Positions 40,084 to 50,071 of a stretch of DNA of 64,000 bases are shown here, one piece after another. The first letter of the stretch is position 1, and each line of letters opens with the position of its first letter. The notes under the pieces were generated by a model, which saw only the letters and a list, made by a program, of their open reading frames with translations, was not told the origin of the DNA and made no database searches. The translations under genes were made by a program, and so were the position numbers. The DNA comes from Desulfuromonadales bacterium (GTDB taxonomy: Bacteria > Desulfobacterota > Desulfuromonadia > Desulfuromonadales > BM103): contig JAVVDT010000001.1 in NCBI GenBank assembly GCA_032250875.1, positions 1,700-65,699 on the forward strand, written 5' to 3'.

Positions 40084-40611
40084 ATGGGCGAGAACAATGC
40101 AAATAGCAGTCAACAGTATGTGACATTCAGCCTCGGGGAAGAACTCTTCGGCGTCGAGGTGACCCGCACCCGGGAAATCCTCAGCCTGACACCGGTAACC
40201 AAGGTGCCGCAAACACCTGGTTACCTTCTCGGTGTCATCAACCTGCGTGGCCAGGTTGTGCCGGTGGTCGATATGCGACTCAAGCTCGGACTGCCTGCAG
40301 GAGAGGAAACTGAGGACACCTGCATTATCGTTGTAGAAGTCCAGGTCGATGGCGAGACGATTATCGTCGGTGCTCTTTCGGATGCGGTTCGCGAGGTGCT
40401 GGAAATTCGCCAGGACCAGATTGAACCGGCACCACGTCTTGGCACCAGGCTGAAGACCGAATTTATTACCGGTATGGGGAAAGTCGATGAACAATTCATG
40501 ATCCTGTTGAACATCGACCGTGTCTTCAGCAGTGATGATCTGACCATCGTACAGGATGCCGGGCAGGTGACTGTTGCACCGACTGAAGAGCAGGAGTTGG
40601 CTGAAGTCTGA
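40084..40611 (+). CDS. cheW: Chemotaxis adaptor CheW (near-duplicate of 36802-37329)
   Basis: Same length (175 aa) and nearly the same sequence as the first cheW. Confidence 0.93.
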   Translation: MGENNANSSQQYVTFSLGEELFGVEVTRTREILSLTPVTKVPQTPGYLLGVINLRGQVVPVVDMRLKLGLPAGEETEDTCIIVVEVQVDGETIIVGALSDAVREVLEIRQDQIEPAPRLGTRLKTEFITGMGKVDEQFMILLNIDRVFSSDDLTIVQDAGQVTVAPTEEQELAEV

Positions 40612-40637
40612 ACCCTTGCCGCATATTTTTAGCCAAA

Positions 40638-40672
40638 CCGGGTGACTTGATTGAGTCACCCGGACTTTATTC
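40638..40672 (+). terminator. Terminator-like hairpin after the second cheW
   Basis: CCGGGTGAC-TTGATTGA-GTCACCCGG followed by ACTTTATT. Confidence 0.65.
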
Positions 40673-40849
40673 TCGGCGCACCATGGTCATCGTCATGGCC
40701 TCTTGTTGGTTTACAGTTGTGTGTCACAGCCCTGTTTATGTCACACAGGGAGTTGACGGGTCCAATCTCATGTCCTTTTGAAATTTGTGTAAATATATGA
40801 AATATATGAGCAATAAGCTTTTATATTTAATGTTGTTCTGCCACATTTA

Positions 40850-40864
40850 TGGCATGTATTTTGA
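40850..40864 (+). promoter_or_regulatory. Putative sigma54 promoter of the third cheY
   Basis: TGGCATGTATTTTGA; TGTCACA half-sites at 40722 and 40739. Confidence 0.5.
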
Positions 40865-40924
40865 GATGAGAATAATCAACAAATGGACGGATAAGTGGTT
40901 GAATGCTGATAGAGGAGAATACCT

Positions 40925-41293
40925 ATGGGTAAGCGTGTTATGACTGTTGATGACTCGGCAACAGTACGTCAGGTTTTGCATATGACCCTGGAAAGTGCCG
41001 GTTATGATGTCGTCGAAGCGTGTGACGGTGCGGAGGCACTGGAAAAACTTTCTGCAGAATCGGTCGACATGCTGGTAACAGACCTCAATATGCCAAAACT
41101 GGATGGGATCAACCTGATTCAGCAAATACGCCAGAAACCCGGTAATCGCTTCATGCCGATTATCATGCTGACAAGCGAATCCCAACCGGAGAAAAAAACT
41201 GCAGGCAAGGCAGCGGGCGCCTCTGGATGGATTACCAAGCCGTTCAAGCCCGAGCAGCTCTTGGCTGTGGTGAGGATGGTCTGTCCATCATAA
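40925..41293 (+). CDS. cheY: Chemotaxis response regulator CheY (close paralogue of 31928-32296)
   Basis: KRVMTVDDSATVRQVL...KPFKPEQLLAVVRMVCP shared with the second cheY. Confidence 0.9.
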   Translation: MGKRVMTVDDSATVRQVLHMTLESAGYDVVEACDGAEALEKLSAESVDMLVTDLNMPKLDGINLIQQIRQKPGNRFMPIIMLTSESQPEKKTAGKAAGASGWITKPFKPEQLLAVVRMVCPS

Positions 41294-41381
41294 AGGATCT
41301 AAACCTAATTTTAAATTGGCGCTGTTGACACCATGCCCCCCTCTGCTGAATCGTTGACCCCTCGTTGCAGTGCCGATTCTT

Positions 41382-41417
41382 GCCGGGCAGTACTTGCTGC
41401 CCGGCTCTTTATTATTT
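41382..41417 (+). terminator. Intrinsic terminator
   Basis: GCCGGGCAG-tacttg-CTGCCCGGC followed by TCTTTATTATTT. Confidence 0.6.
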
Positions 41418-41559
41418 CCCAGACGTAATTTGATTTGTATCGTTCCCATTCTCTCTCGTATTGATATCAATATGTCATTAATATGCTCTTATAGTGCTGG
41501 CGGATAAATTGTAACTATGTTAAAATTATCACAATTTCATGTGGTCTCGGAGTGTTCTG

Positions 41560-41952
41560 ATGGCAGGTCAAATTAAAAATGTCCTGATTGTTGAAGATGA
41601 TCCGGATTTTGCCGAAAGCCTGATGATCGCTCTCGGTGTGCGCAACTGCCACGTCGACATAGCTCGCACGGGCGAGGAGGCGATCAGAAAATTCCGCAAC
41701 CTAAGCTATGATATCGCTTTTATGGATATTAAGCTTCCCGGTAAAAACGGGGTTGAGAGCCTTGCCGAAATCATGGGGTTTTGTCCTGAAGCCAAGGTTG
41801 TCATGATGACCGGTTTCAGTGAGGCAGCACTGCTGGACAGGGCTCGGCAGGCCGGTGCCATAGATATTCTGCGAAAACCGTTTCGCCTCAAAGAAATGTT
41901 CAACTACTTAGATCACCTTGAGGGAGACTCTCCTCCAACGGTTAAACATTGA
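41560..41952 (+). CDS. Single-domain response regulator
   Basis: VEDD, MDIKLPGKNG, MMTG and LRKPF. Confidence 0.85.
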   Translation: MAGQIKNVLIVEDDPDFAESLMIALGVRNCHVDIARTGEEAIRKFRNLSYDIAFMDIKLPGKNGVESLAEIMGFCPEAKVVMMTGFSEAALLDRARQAGAIDILRKPFRLKEMFNYLDHLEGDSPPTVKH

Positions 41953-41962
41953 ATTGATTATT

Positions 41963-41996
41963 TAAAGCGCCTGCGGATGTATCTGCAGGCGCTTTA
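41963..41996. terminator. Long intergenic hairpin
   Basis: TAAAGCGCCTGC...GCAGGCGCTTTA. Confidence 0.5.
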
Positions 41997-42023
41997 GTTC
42001 TTCGGCGGGCAGGGCTAGTTTCC

Positions 42024-44621
42024 ATGGCGAAGCTTACGACACTGAAACGTGCCTACACGGTCAGCTACCTCCTGGTGGCCGCTATCCCTGTCATGCTGTT
42101 TGGTCTTGTCGTTATCCAGCAGGTTGCCGAACACCAATTGAAAGGTGTTCAGGACCGCAATATCTCCCAAGCCAAAAGTATTGCTGAGGAAGTCGACGCT
42201 TTTCTCCTGGAAGTCCAATCCGATTTACAACATGTGAAACATGTTCTTGATTCCAGTACGATGCTGCAGCCTCTGAGCATAGATGACTACCTGGCTGAGT
42301 TTGTCAGAAATTCGCAGTTTTTTGAGTCAATCTATTTTCTTGATAGCAACCTCAATGTCCTTCAGCTTGGGGTTCTTCCTCAACAGGAAGCCCGCCGTGA
42401 AGATTTTATCAGCCTCGACTTTTCAGGCCACCAGTTGTTTAAGGAGCAAGGCCAAATTCAAGGCCCTGTGTGGAGCAACACCTTTGTTTCACTTGTCACG
42501 GGAGAACCTTCGGTCACCCTTGGCCTTGATTTGAAACAGGGCTTTTTGCTCGGAAATGTGCGGTTGAGAAGCCTTGGCAAATTGCTGAATAGATATGCGA
42601 CTTACGGTGATGTCCAGGCTGCAATTATAGATGACAACGGTACGTTGGTTGCGCACAATGTCAGCGATCTGGCCATGCAGCGCATTAATTTCAGCAACCA
42701 CCCTGTAGTTATCAAGGCAATGGGAGGGGTGGATTCAACCCGGGAGTTCAAAGAGGGAAGTCATTTTTATCTGGAAAGTGCTGCGAATATACAACTTTCG
42801 AATTGGGTGATCTGGGTGGGGCTGGATATGAACGCCGTCAATGCACCCATCAATAACCTGCGCAACATTCTAATCGGGTTTTTGGCTGTCACGGTCATCC
42901 TGGCCGGTTTTACATCTCTCTTCAATGTCAGGCGCCTGATGAGACCGTTAACTGCTTTGGGACAGCGCGCCGGGCAGATAGCCGATGGTCGTTATGACTT
43001 TGAGTATCAGCCCTCCGGCTTCTCAGAAATTGACGTCCTCGCCAGCCAGATCAGCAACATGACCAACGCGATTAAGGTGCGCGAAGCTTCTATTATCAAT
43101 AACGAGAGGCGCTTTCGTGACCTGGTGAATTCCATAGACGGCATTGTCTGGGAGATGGGTTACCCTTCGTTTAACTTTCTGTTTGTCAGCCAGCAGGCTG
43201 AGGCTATTCTTGGCTACCCACTGCAGGATTGGTACGAGGACCCGGTTTTCTGGGAAAAGGTCACGCATGAAGAGGACCTGGCGCAGGCCAAGGCTTACTG
43301 CCAGTTGATGGCTGAAAAGAAAGAGGATCATGATTTTGAATACCGCATGATCGCTGCCGATGGCAGGATCGTCTGGATTCGTGACCTGGTGACGGTTGTT
43401 GTAGAGAATGATCGGCCGGTTCGCTTGCTCGGGGTTATGATTGACGTAACTGAGCAAAAGGAACTACTGGAAGAATTGCGTCACAGTGAAGAGAATTACC
43501 GGGAGATTTTCAACTCGACCAGTGATGCCATTTTTATTCATGATGCAGATACGGGAAAAGTCCTGGACGTGAACCAGGCAATGTTGAATATCTTCTGCTG
43601 TAGTTATAAAGAGGCTTTGGTGGGAGGAATCGAAAGATACAGTATGGGTGTTCACCCGTATACAATGCAGGAGGCCAAAGAAAAGCTGCAGATTGCAAGA
43701 GATAAGGGCATGTGCTCTTTCGAATGGCTGGCCAGAAGAGGTAACGGAGAAACTTTTTGGGCTGAAGTCTATCTACGCAGTGCTGTTATTGGTAATCAGG
43801 CACGTATCCTGGCCGCTGTGCGTGATATCTCTTCACGAAAAGAAACAGAATTGGAACTGGCACAATATCGTTCCAACCTGGAGGACCTTGTCAGGGAACG
43901 ATCGGCACAGTTGGAACAGGCCCAGGTCGAGCTCGTGCAGAAAGAGAGGTTGGCGGTCCTTGGCCAGTTGACTGCAACGGTCAGTCACGAAATTCGTAAC
44001 CCACTCGGTACCGTCGCCAACGCATTGTATGTGCTCAAAGAGGCTCTGCCCGATAAGGGGTTCGATCACCTGAAACGGCCTATGTTGCTTGCAGAGAGGA
44101 ATGTTGAGCGCTGTGACAACATTATCAGTGATCTGCTTGATTTTTCACGACAACGAAAAATAAACAAGCAGCCTGTGGACATCGATGCCTGGCTCTCAGA
44201 GCTGTTGTCTGAATTCAATTTCCCCGAGCACGTTGAACTCAAGAAAGATCTGCAGGCCTGTTGCCAGGTGCCAGTCGATGCCGAGCGTCTGCGCCGAGTG
44301 ATTGTTAATGTGGTTACGAATGCGCTGCAGGCCCTTGATGAGGTCGAGCAACCTGACAAGCAACTGACAATTTGTACCCGGGTCGCCAATGGGCGGTGCG
44401 AAATTGATGTTCAGGATAATGGCCCCGGAATGAGTGAAGATGTGTTGGCGCAAATCTTTGAACCGATGTTCAGCACCAAGAACTTTGGTGTCGGTCTCGG
44501 TGTGCCGATCATCCGGAATATTCTGATTGGTCATGGTGGCGGGGTGCAGTATCTCAGTGAAAAGGGTGTCGGCACCACGGTAGAGATGTGGCTGCCCATC
44601 AATAAAGAAACAAGAACATGA
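42024..44621 (+). CDS. Cache-HAMP-PAS-PAS sensor histidine kinase
   Basis: 2 TM, HAMP, two PAS domains, SHEIRNP, DNGPG and GVGLG. Confidence 0.9.
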   Translation: MAKLTTLKRAYTVSYLLVAAIPVMLFGLVVIQQVAEHQLKGVQDRNISQAKSIAEEVDAFLLEVQSDLQHVKHVLDSSTMLQPLSIDDYLAEFVRNSQFFESIYFLDSNLNVLQLGVLPQQEARREDFISLDFSGHQLFKEQGQIQGPVWSNTFVSLVTGEPSVTLGLDLKQGFLLGNVRLRSLGKLLNRYATYGDVQAAIIDDNGTLVAHNVSDLAMQRINFSNHPVVIKAMGGVDSTREFKEGSHFYLESAANIQLSNWVIWVGLDMNAVNAPINNLRNILIGFLAVTVILAGFTSLFNVRRLMRPLTALGQRAGQIADGRYDFEYQPSGFSEIDVLASQISNMTNAIKVREASIINNERRFRDLVNSIDGIVWEMGYPSFNFLFVSQQAEAILGYPLQDWYEDPVFWEKVTHEEDLAQAKAYCQLMAEKKEDHDFEYRMIAADGRIVWIRDLVTVVVENDRPVRLLGVMIDVTEQKELLEELRHSEENYREIFNSTSDAIFIHDADTGKVLDVNQAMLNIFCCSYKEALVGGIERYSMGVHPYTMQEAKEKLQIARDKGMCSFEWLARRGNGETFWAEVYLRSAVIGNQARILAAVRDISSRKETELELAQYRSNLEDLVRERSAQLEQAQVELVQKERLAVLGQLTATVSHEIRNPLGTVANALYVLKEALPDKGFDHLKRPMLLAERNVERCDNIISDLLDFSRQRKINKQPVDIDAWLSELLSEFNFPEHVELKKDLQACCQVPVDAERLRRVIVNVVTNALQALDEVEQPDKQLTICTRVANGRCEIDVQDNGPGMSEDVLAQIFEPMFSTKNFGVGLGVPIIRNILIGHGGGVQYLSEKGVGTTVEMWLPINKETRT

Positions 44622-44678
44622 GGCTTTTCTGCTAAGTGCCTTGGTGATTACGTATTTATCATTTCACGGTGCAGTTTT

Positions 44679-44801
44679 TGGCACGTTCGTTGTAGCTTGA
44701 TTTCTTGATCATACCCTATCTTCTGAAAAACTCAGCTGTGTGTTGCGGTATCGGCAGCAAGCCAGTCTCGTTGCTCTGTATTGTGTCACATTTGTGTGTC
44801 A
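44679..44801 (+). promoter_or_regulatory. Putative sigma54 box (44679-44693) and near-palindrome TGTCACA-tttg-TGTGTCA (44784-44801) upstream of cheB
   Basis: TGGCACGTTCGTTGT; one-mismatch copy of the island palindrome. Confidence 0.45.
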
Positions 44802-44933
44802 ATGTTGGCGTTTATTGTTCTTCGAGTAAGCGTTAAGTGCTGAGATTGCTTTTGTGTTTCGCATGCCGTTGCAGTGGAGAGTTAATGATTCTCTGTTATC
44901 TTTTAGAGGCCTTTGTCGTTTGAGGGAGTGTAG

Positions 44934-46010
<1,077 letters not shown>

Positions 46011-46046
46011 TCAATGCCAACGACTCCATTCGCACAGGATTTGCTA

Positions 46047-46934
46047 ATGAACAAGCCGACAGATGAAGAATTGATTGAGGAAATCCGCCGACGTTTTGAA
46101 TTCAACCAGAACGCGCTCAATGATATGCGCGCCATGACGCGCAAGCTCGAGTCGATGAATGAGAAACTCCAGGAATCAGAGGCACTCAAAAGCCAGTTTC
46201 TCTCGAATATTCGCAACGAGATCAATAATCCGTTGTCCGCGATTATGGGGTTGGCTGCGCAGTTCTTAGGCGGAAGCTGCGATCCTGAAGTCTGCCAGAA
46301 GACGATCGGCATGATCTACGCTGAAGCGTTCAACCTTGATTATCAATTGCAGAATGTGTTTATGGCTGCCGAACTGGAAGCCGGCGAAGCGGAACCGGCC
46401 ATTGCCATGGTCGAGATCGATTCTCTTCTTGATGGCTGCCTCGATAAACTTGCTTATCGTATTCGGGACAAGGACCTCGTTGTTACAAAGTATATGCCTG
46501 AGGACCTGATCTTTCCGACCGATGCCCAGAAATTTGAGATGATCCTGTTGAATCTGCTGGCCAATGCCGCCGAATTTACCGGTCAGAAAGGCGAGGTGTC
46601 GGTTGAGATCGAGGAAAACAAGCCTGGCCTGACAGTTGTCGTCAGCGACAATGGCCCCGGTATTACCCCGACAGACCAGGAGGTTGTCTTTGACCGCTTC
46701 AGGCAGCTTGAAGCAGGCACCACCAAGGGGCACCGCGGTCATGGTCTGGGGCTTAGCATTTGCTGGTCTCTGGTAGAACTGCTTGATGGCACGATCGATC
46801 TTGACAGCCAACCGGGACATGGGAGCCGTTTTGTCGTGACTCTGCCACGTCCTGATGTGAAAACCGTGATGCACGCGACCGAGGGCAACTTCTTTCTCTT
46901 TGACACGACCGACGACGAGGTGGAAACCTTCTGA
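46047..46934 (+). CDS. Small soluble histidine-kinase-fold protein lacking a sensor; H-box reads NIRNEINNP
   Basis: Coiled coil plus HisKA/HATPase (NLLANA, DNGPG, GHGLGL); Asn where the phospho-His is expected; track start 46014. Confidence 0.82.
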   Translation: MNKPTDEELIEEIRRRFEFNQNALNDMRAMTRKLESMNEKLQESEALKSQFLSNIRNEINNPLSAIMGLAAQFLGGSCDPEVCQKTIGMIYAEAFNLDYQLQNVFMAAELEAGEAEPAIAMVEIDSLLDGCLDKLAYRIRDKDLVVTKYMPEDLIFPTDAQKFEMILLNLLANAAEFTGQKGEVSVEIEENKPGLTVVVSDNGPGITPTDQEVVFDRFRQLEAGTTKGHRGHGLGLSICWSLVELLDGTIDLDSQPGHGSRFVVTLPRPDVKTVMHATEGNFFLFDTTDDEVETF

Positions 46935-46940
46935 CTTTTT

Positions 46941-47453
46941 ATGAGCCAGCAGATGACAGCGCCAACTGAAGCCATGGCGCGGCACTATCTCTATCCCGGC
47001 ACGCTGTTTGTGCATCGGCAACCGCACCTTGTCACCACGGTTTTGGGGTCATGTGTCTCGGTCTGCCTATGGAACCAGACCTCTCAACTCGGCGGAATCA
47101 ATCATTACCTGTTGCCTCTCTGGAACGGTGAAGGCTTGCCGACGCCGAAATATGGCAACATCGCCATCGAAAAATTAATTGATAAGGTCAAGGCTCTTTC
47201 TGGCCCAGGCGACAAGCTGATTGCCAAGGTGTTCGGTGGGGCGTCGATGTGGGAGAAGACGGAAGGGTTGCTGGCTGTCGGGCAAAGAAATATCGAGTTT
47301 GCCATTGAGACGATGGAGAAACACCGTATTCCGATTGTCAGCAGTGACCTGGGCGGTTATCACGGTAGAAAGGTGATTTTCAACAGTGGTGACGGCACGG
47401 TTATGATGCGAAGGCAAAGAAGTATGCGTTTGGCACCACAGGGAGAAAAATAA
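46941..47453 (+). CDS. cheD: Chemoreceptor glutamine deamidase CheD
   Basis: TVLGSCVSVCL, GGINHYLLP, AKVFGGA and DLGGYHGRKV. Confidence 0.92.
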   Translation: MSQQMTAPTEAMARHYLYPGTLFVHRQPHLVTTVLGSCVSVCLWNQTSQLGGINHYLLPLWNGEGLPTPKYGNIAIEKLIDKVKALSGPGDKLIAKVFGGASMWEKTEGLLAVGQRNIEFAIETMEKHRIPIVSSDLGGYHGRKVIFNSGDGTVMMRRQRSMRLAPQGEK

Positions 47454-47473
47454 CCTCGACCCGGTAGAAACGC

Positions 47474-49534
47474 ATGAAAATTACCTTTATCAAGCGCTAC
47501 CTGTTTATTGTCGGACTGGCCTGGACTGCCATCTGTGTTGCTGTACTCTATTCCCACCTTGAAGAGGATTACAAGCAGTCTGTTGCCCAGGCTCAAACCC
47601 GTGCCAGGACCATGCTCGAGCGGGATATCCTCTATCGAGACTGGGTCGCTGGACATGGTGGCGTTTATGTTCCAATTACAGAGGAAGCACAGCCGAATCC
47701 GCACCTGAATTTTTTGCCCGAGCGGGACATCGAAGCAACAGATGGGCGTCGTTTCACCCTGGTGAACCCCTCATACATGACACACCAGGCCTTTGAGATC
47801 GATAATCGCCTTGGCAATACGGTCAGCAAACTCACCAGCCTCAATTATCTCAACCCCGGCAACGCACCTGATGCATGGGAGCGGGCTGCTCTTGTAAGGC
47901 TTGCCAAAGGTGAAAACCTGGTCAGTGAGGTTGTCAAAATCAAAGACCAGCCCGTTGTTCGTACCATCCGGCCTTTTTACATCGAAGCAGAATGTCTCAA
48001 ATGTCATGCCCGGCAAGGTTATCACCTGGGTGATGTGCGCGGTGGCTTGAGTATAACGGTCCCATTTGAATCCTTCCTGTCAGGACATTGGAAACATAAT
48101 CTCCTGTCGGTGTTGCTCTTTGTCCTGCTCTGGTTGAGCGGGATGGCAGGTGTTTTCCTCCTGGGTCGCAAACTCTATACCCAGACTCATCAGGTTATAG
48201 AAAGTGATCGCCAACGAGATCAGGCTGAAATGAGCCTCGATTTCATGTCGAACTATGATCGTCGTACCAACCTGCCGAATCGTTTCAAGTTCGAGGAATT
48301 GCTGTTCGATCTGTTTAAAAAGGCCGATGTTTCAGGTAGTGCTGTTGCCGTAACAACCGTAGAAGTTCGCAATTACAAGCAGATCATCGATAACTTCGAC
48401 CATCCGGTCGGTGATGCACTCTTTAAAATGATCGCCGAACGACTTGCAGCCATCATCAGCCCCAATGATTCGGTGGCACGGTTTGGCGAAGATCGGCTGT
48501 TGTTTTCCTCCATGACCAGTAGCGAAGAAACGTTTACAGAAGACACGTTGCTGAAAATATGGGATGGTGTTTCCAAGCCTCTGTTTTTGGAAGGGCACCA
48601 ATTCTTCCCGGTGATCAGTATGGGCACGGCTTTGTATCCGCAGGATGCGGCCGATGCCAAACGCGTGGTCCAGCGATCTGTGTCTGCGCTGACCTATTGC
48701 CTTGAGGAAAAAGTGAGTGGAGTGGCCCTTTTCTCCCGATCGATTCATGACCAGGCCAAGACCCGCCTGAAAATCGAAACCGGCCTGCGGTCAGCACTGA
48801 ACGATAACAATCTTGAGCTGTATTTGCAGCCACAGGTCGATTCAAAGGGAGCTCTGGTGGGCGCTGAGGCTTTGTTGCGTTGGAAGCGAGACGGAGAAGA
48901 GTACATCCCTCCTGTGGAGTTTATTCCGGTTGCCGAGGAGAGCGGCCTGATCCTGCCGATTGGCGAATGGGTACTGCAGACAGCTGCGGTACATGCCCTG
49001 CGATTGCGGGAGAAGTTTGGTCGAGTGATTCCGGTTGGTGTCAATGTGTCTGCCCGGCAGTTTCAGGATTCGTCCTTTATCGATATCGTTGACGAAATCC
49101 TCTCGATCGATGGTGTGTCTGCCGAGATGCTTGAAATTGAGATTACCGAAAGCACCTTTATTGAAGATATCGACAAAACCATCGAGATACTGACTGACCT
49201 GAAGGTGAGGGGCTTGCAGATCGCCATTGATGATTTCGGTACAGGCTATTCATCATTGAGTTATCTCAACCGGTTCCCGATTGACCGGTTGAAGATTGAC
49301 ATGTCTTTTGTTGCTGATATCGCGACCAGTGAAGACGATAGAGTGCTGATCAGCCTGATCGCTGAAATGGGACGTAAGCTTGGTTTGAAAGTCATCGCAG
49401 AAGGTGTGGAAGATGAGATTCAGAAGCATCTGCTGATTGGTATGGGCTGCGATGCCCTGCAGGGGTTCCTGTTTGGCAGACCTGTTCCTTTTGATGATTT
49501 TTGCACTTATGTAGAGCAATTGAGGGCAGACTGA
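47474..49534 (+). CDS. Heme-c sensor (DUF3365/Tll0287-like) + degenerate GGDEF + EAL phosphodiesterase
   Basis: Periplasmic WVAGHGGVYVP...CLKCH; GGDEF replaced by GEDRL; EALLRW, VNVS, EITES, DDFGTGYSS, LKID and EGVE intact. Confidence 0.88.
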   Translation: MKITFIKRYLFIVGLAWTAICVAVLYSHLEEDYKQSVAQAQTRARTMLERDILYRDWVAGHGGVYVPITEEAQPNPHLNFLPERDIEATDGRRFTLVNPSYMTHQAFEIDNRLGNTVSKLTSLNYLNPGNAPDAWERAALVRLAKGENLVSEVVKIKDQPVVRTIRPFYIEAECLKCHARQGYHLGDVRGGLSITVPFESFLSGHWKHNLLSVLLFVLLWLSGMAGVFLLGRKLYTQTHQVIESDRQRDQAEMSLDFMSNYDRRTNLPNRFKFEELLFDLFKKADVSGSAVAVTTVEVRNYKQIIDNFDHPVGDALFKMIAERLAAIISPNDSVARFGEDRLLFSSMTSSEETFTEDTLLKIWDGVSKPLFLEGHQFFPVISMGTALYPQDAADAKRVVQRSVSALTYCLEEKVSGVALFSRSIHDQAKTRLKIETGLRSALNDNNLELYLQPQVDSKGALVGAEALLRWKRDGEEYIPPVEFIPVAEESGLILPIGEWVLQTAAVHALRLREKFGRVIPVGVNVSARQFQDSSFIDIVDEILSIDGVSAEMLEIEITESTFIEDIDKTIEILTDLKVRGLQIAIDDFGTGYSSLSYLNRFPIDRLKIDMSFVADIATSEDDRVLISLIAEMGRKLGLKVIAEGVEDEIQKHLLIGMGCDALQGFLFGRPVPFDDFCTYVEQLRAD

Positions 49535-49571
49535 AAAGCCCCGCCGACCTTTCAGGACAAGCCGGAACCCA

Positions 49572-49784
49572 TTATGCCGCTAGCGCATAATCAGGGTTCC
49601 GGCTTGCTGACTTTACCTGCCGTTTAGACTCCTTGTTGATCCTTTTATGTCCAGAGTTTGATATGCGCTTCTTTTGAGCCGGATTCCCATGCAAGGCGGT
49701 TGACTGTCCTCCGTCAGACCTTTCCGGCAACAACTGACAGGTGGCGGCATAAAGAAACGCTAACAACATAATAATCTCGAACAT
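49572..49784 (-). CDS. 70-aa small protein with N-terminal hydrophobic helix and basic tail
   Basis: Strong RBS (GGAAGGAG) and upstream TTGACA-N16-TAATCT (49833-49806). Confidence 0.55.
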   Translation of the reverse strand: MFEIIMLLAFLYAATCQLLPERSDGGQSTALHGNPAQKKRISNSGHKRINKESKRQVKSASRNPDYALAA

Positions 49785-49946
49785 TTTTATCTCCTTCCCT
49801 GTTTGAGATTAATAAATCACTCCTCTATGTCAAAATATGTCACACCTTTTTGCGCCGGATATTTTTCACATTATTAAGGCTGCAACGGTGTCCACGGCTT
49901 CGGTCGGTTAATGAAGAAAATGGCGTAAAATAGGCCTTTTTCAACG

Positions 49947-49979
49947 TTGACGACCAATATAAAATCGTATACAGTATGC
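49947..49979 (+). promoter_or_regulatory. sigma70 promoter of acnB with overlapping GTATACAGTATGC box
   Basis: TTGACG-N17-TACAGT; box at 49967-49979. Confidence 0.65.
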
Positions 49980-50071
49980 AGGTTTCAGCGCAAGTTTAGC
50001 CCTGTTTTATTCAAACTATAAATGGTGATTTTTTCTTTGGTTTCACCAACAACTATCGATGGAGGAGAGAG

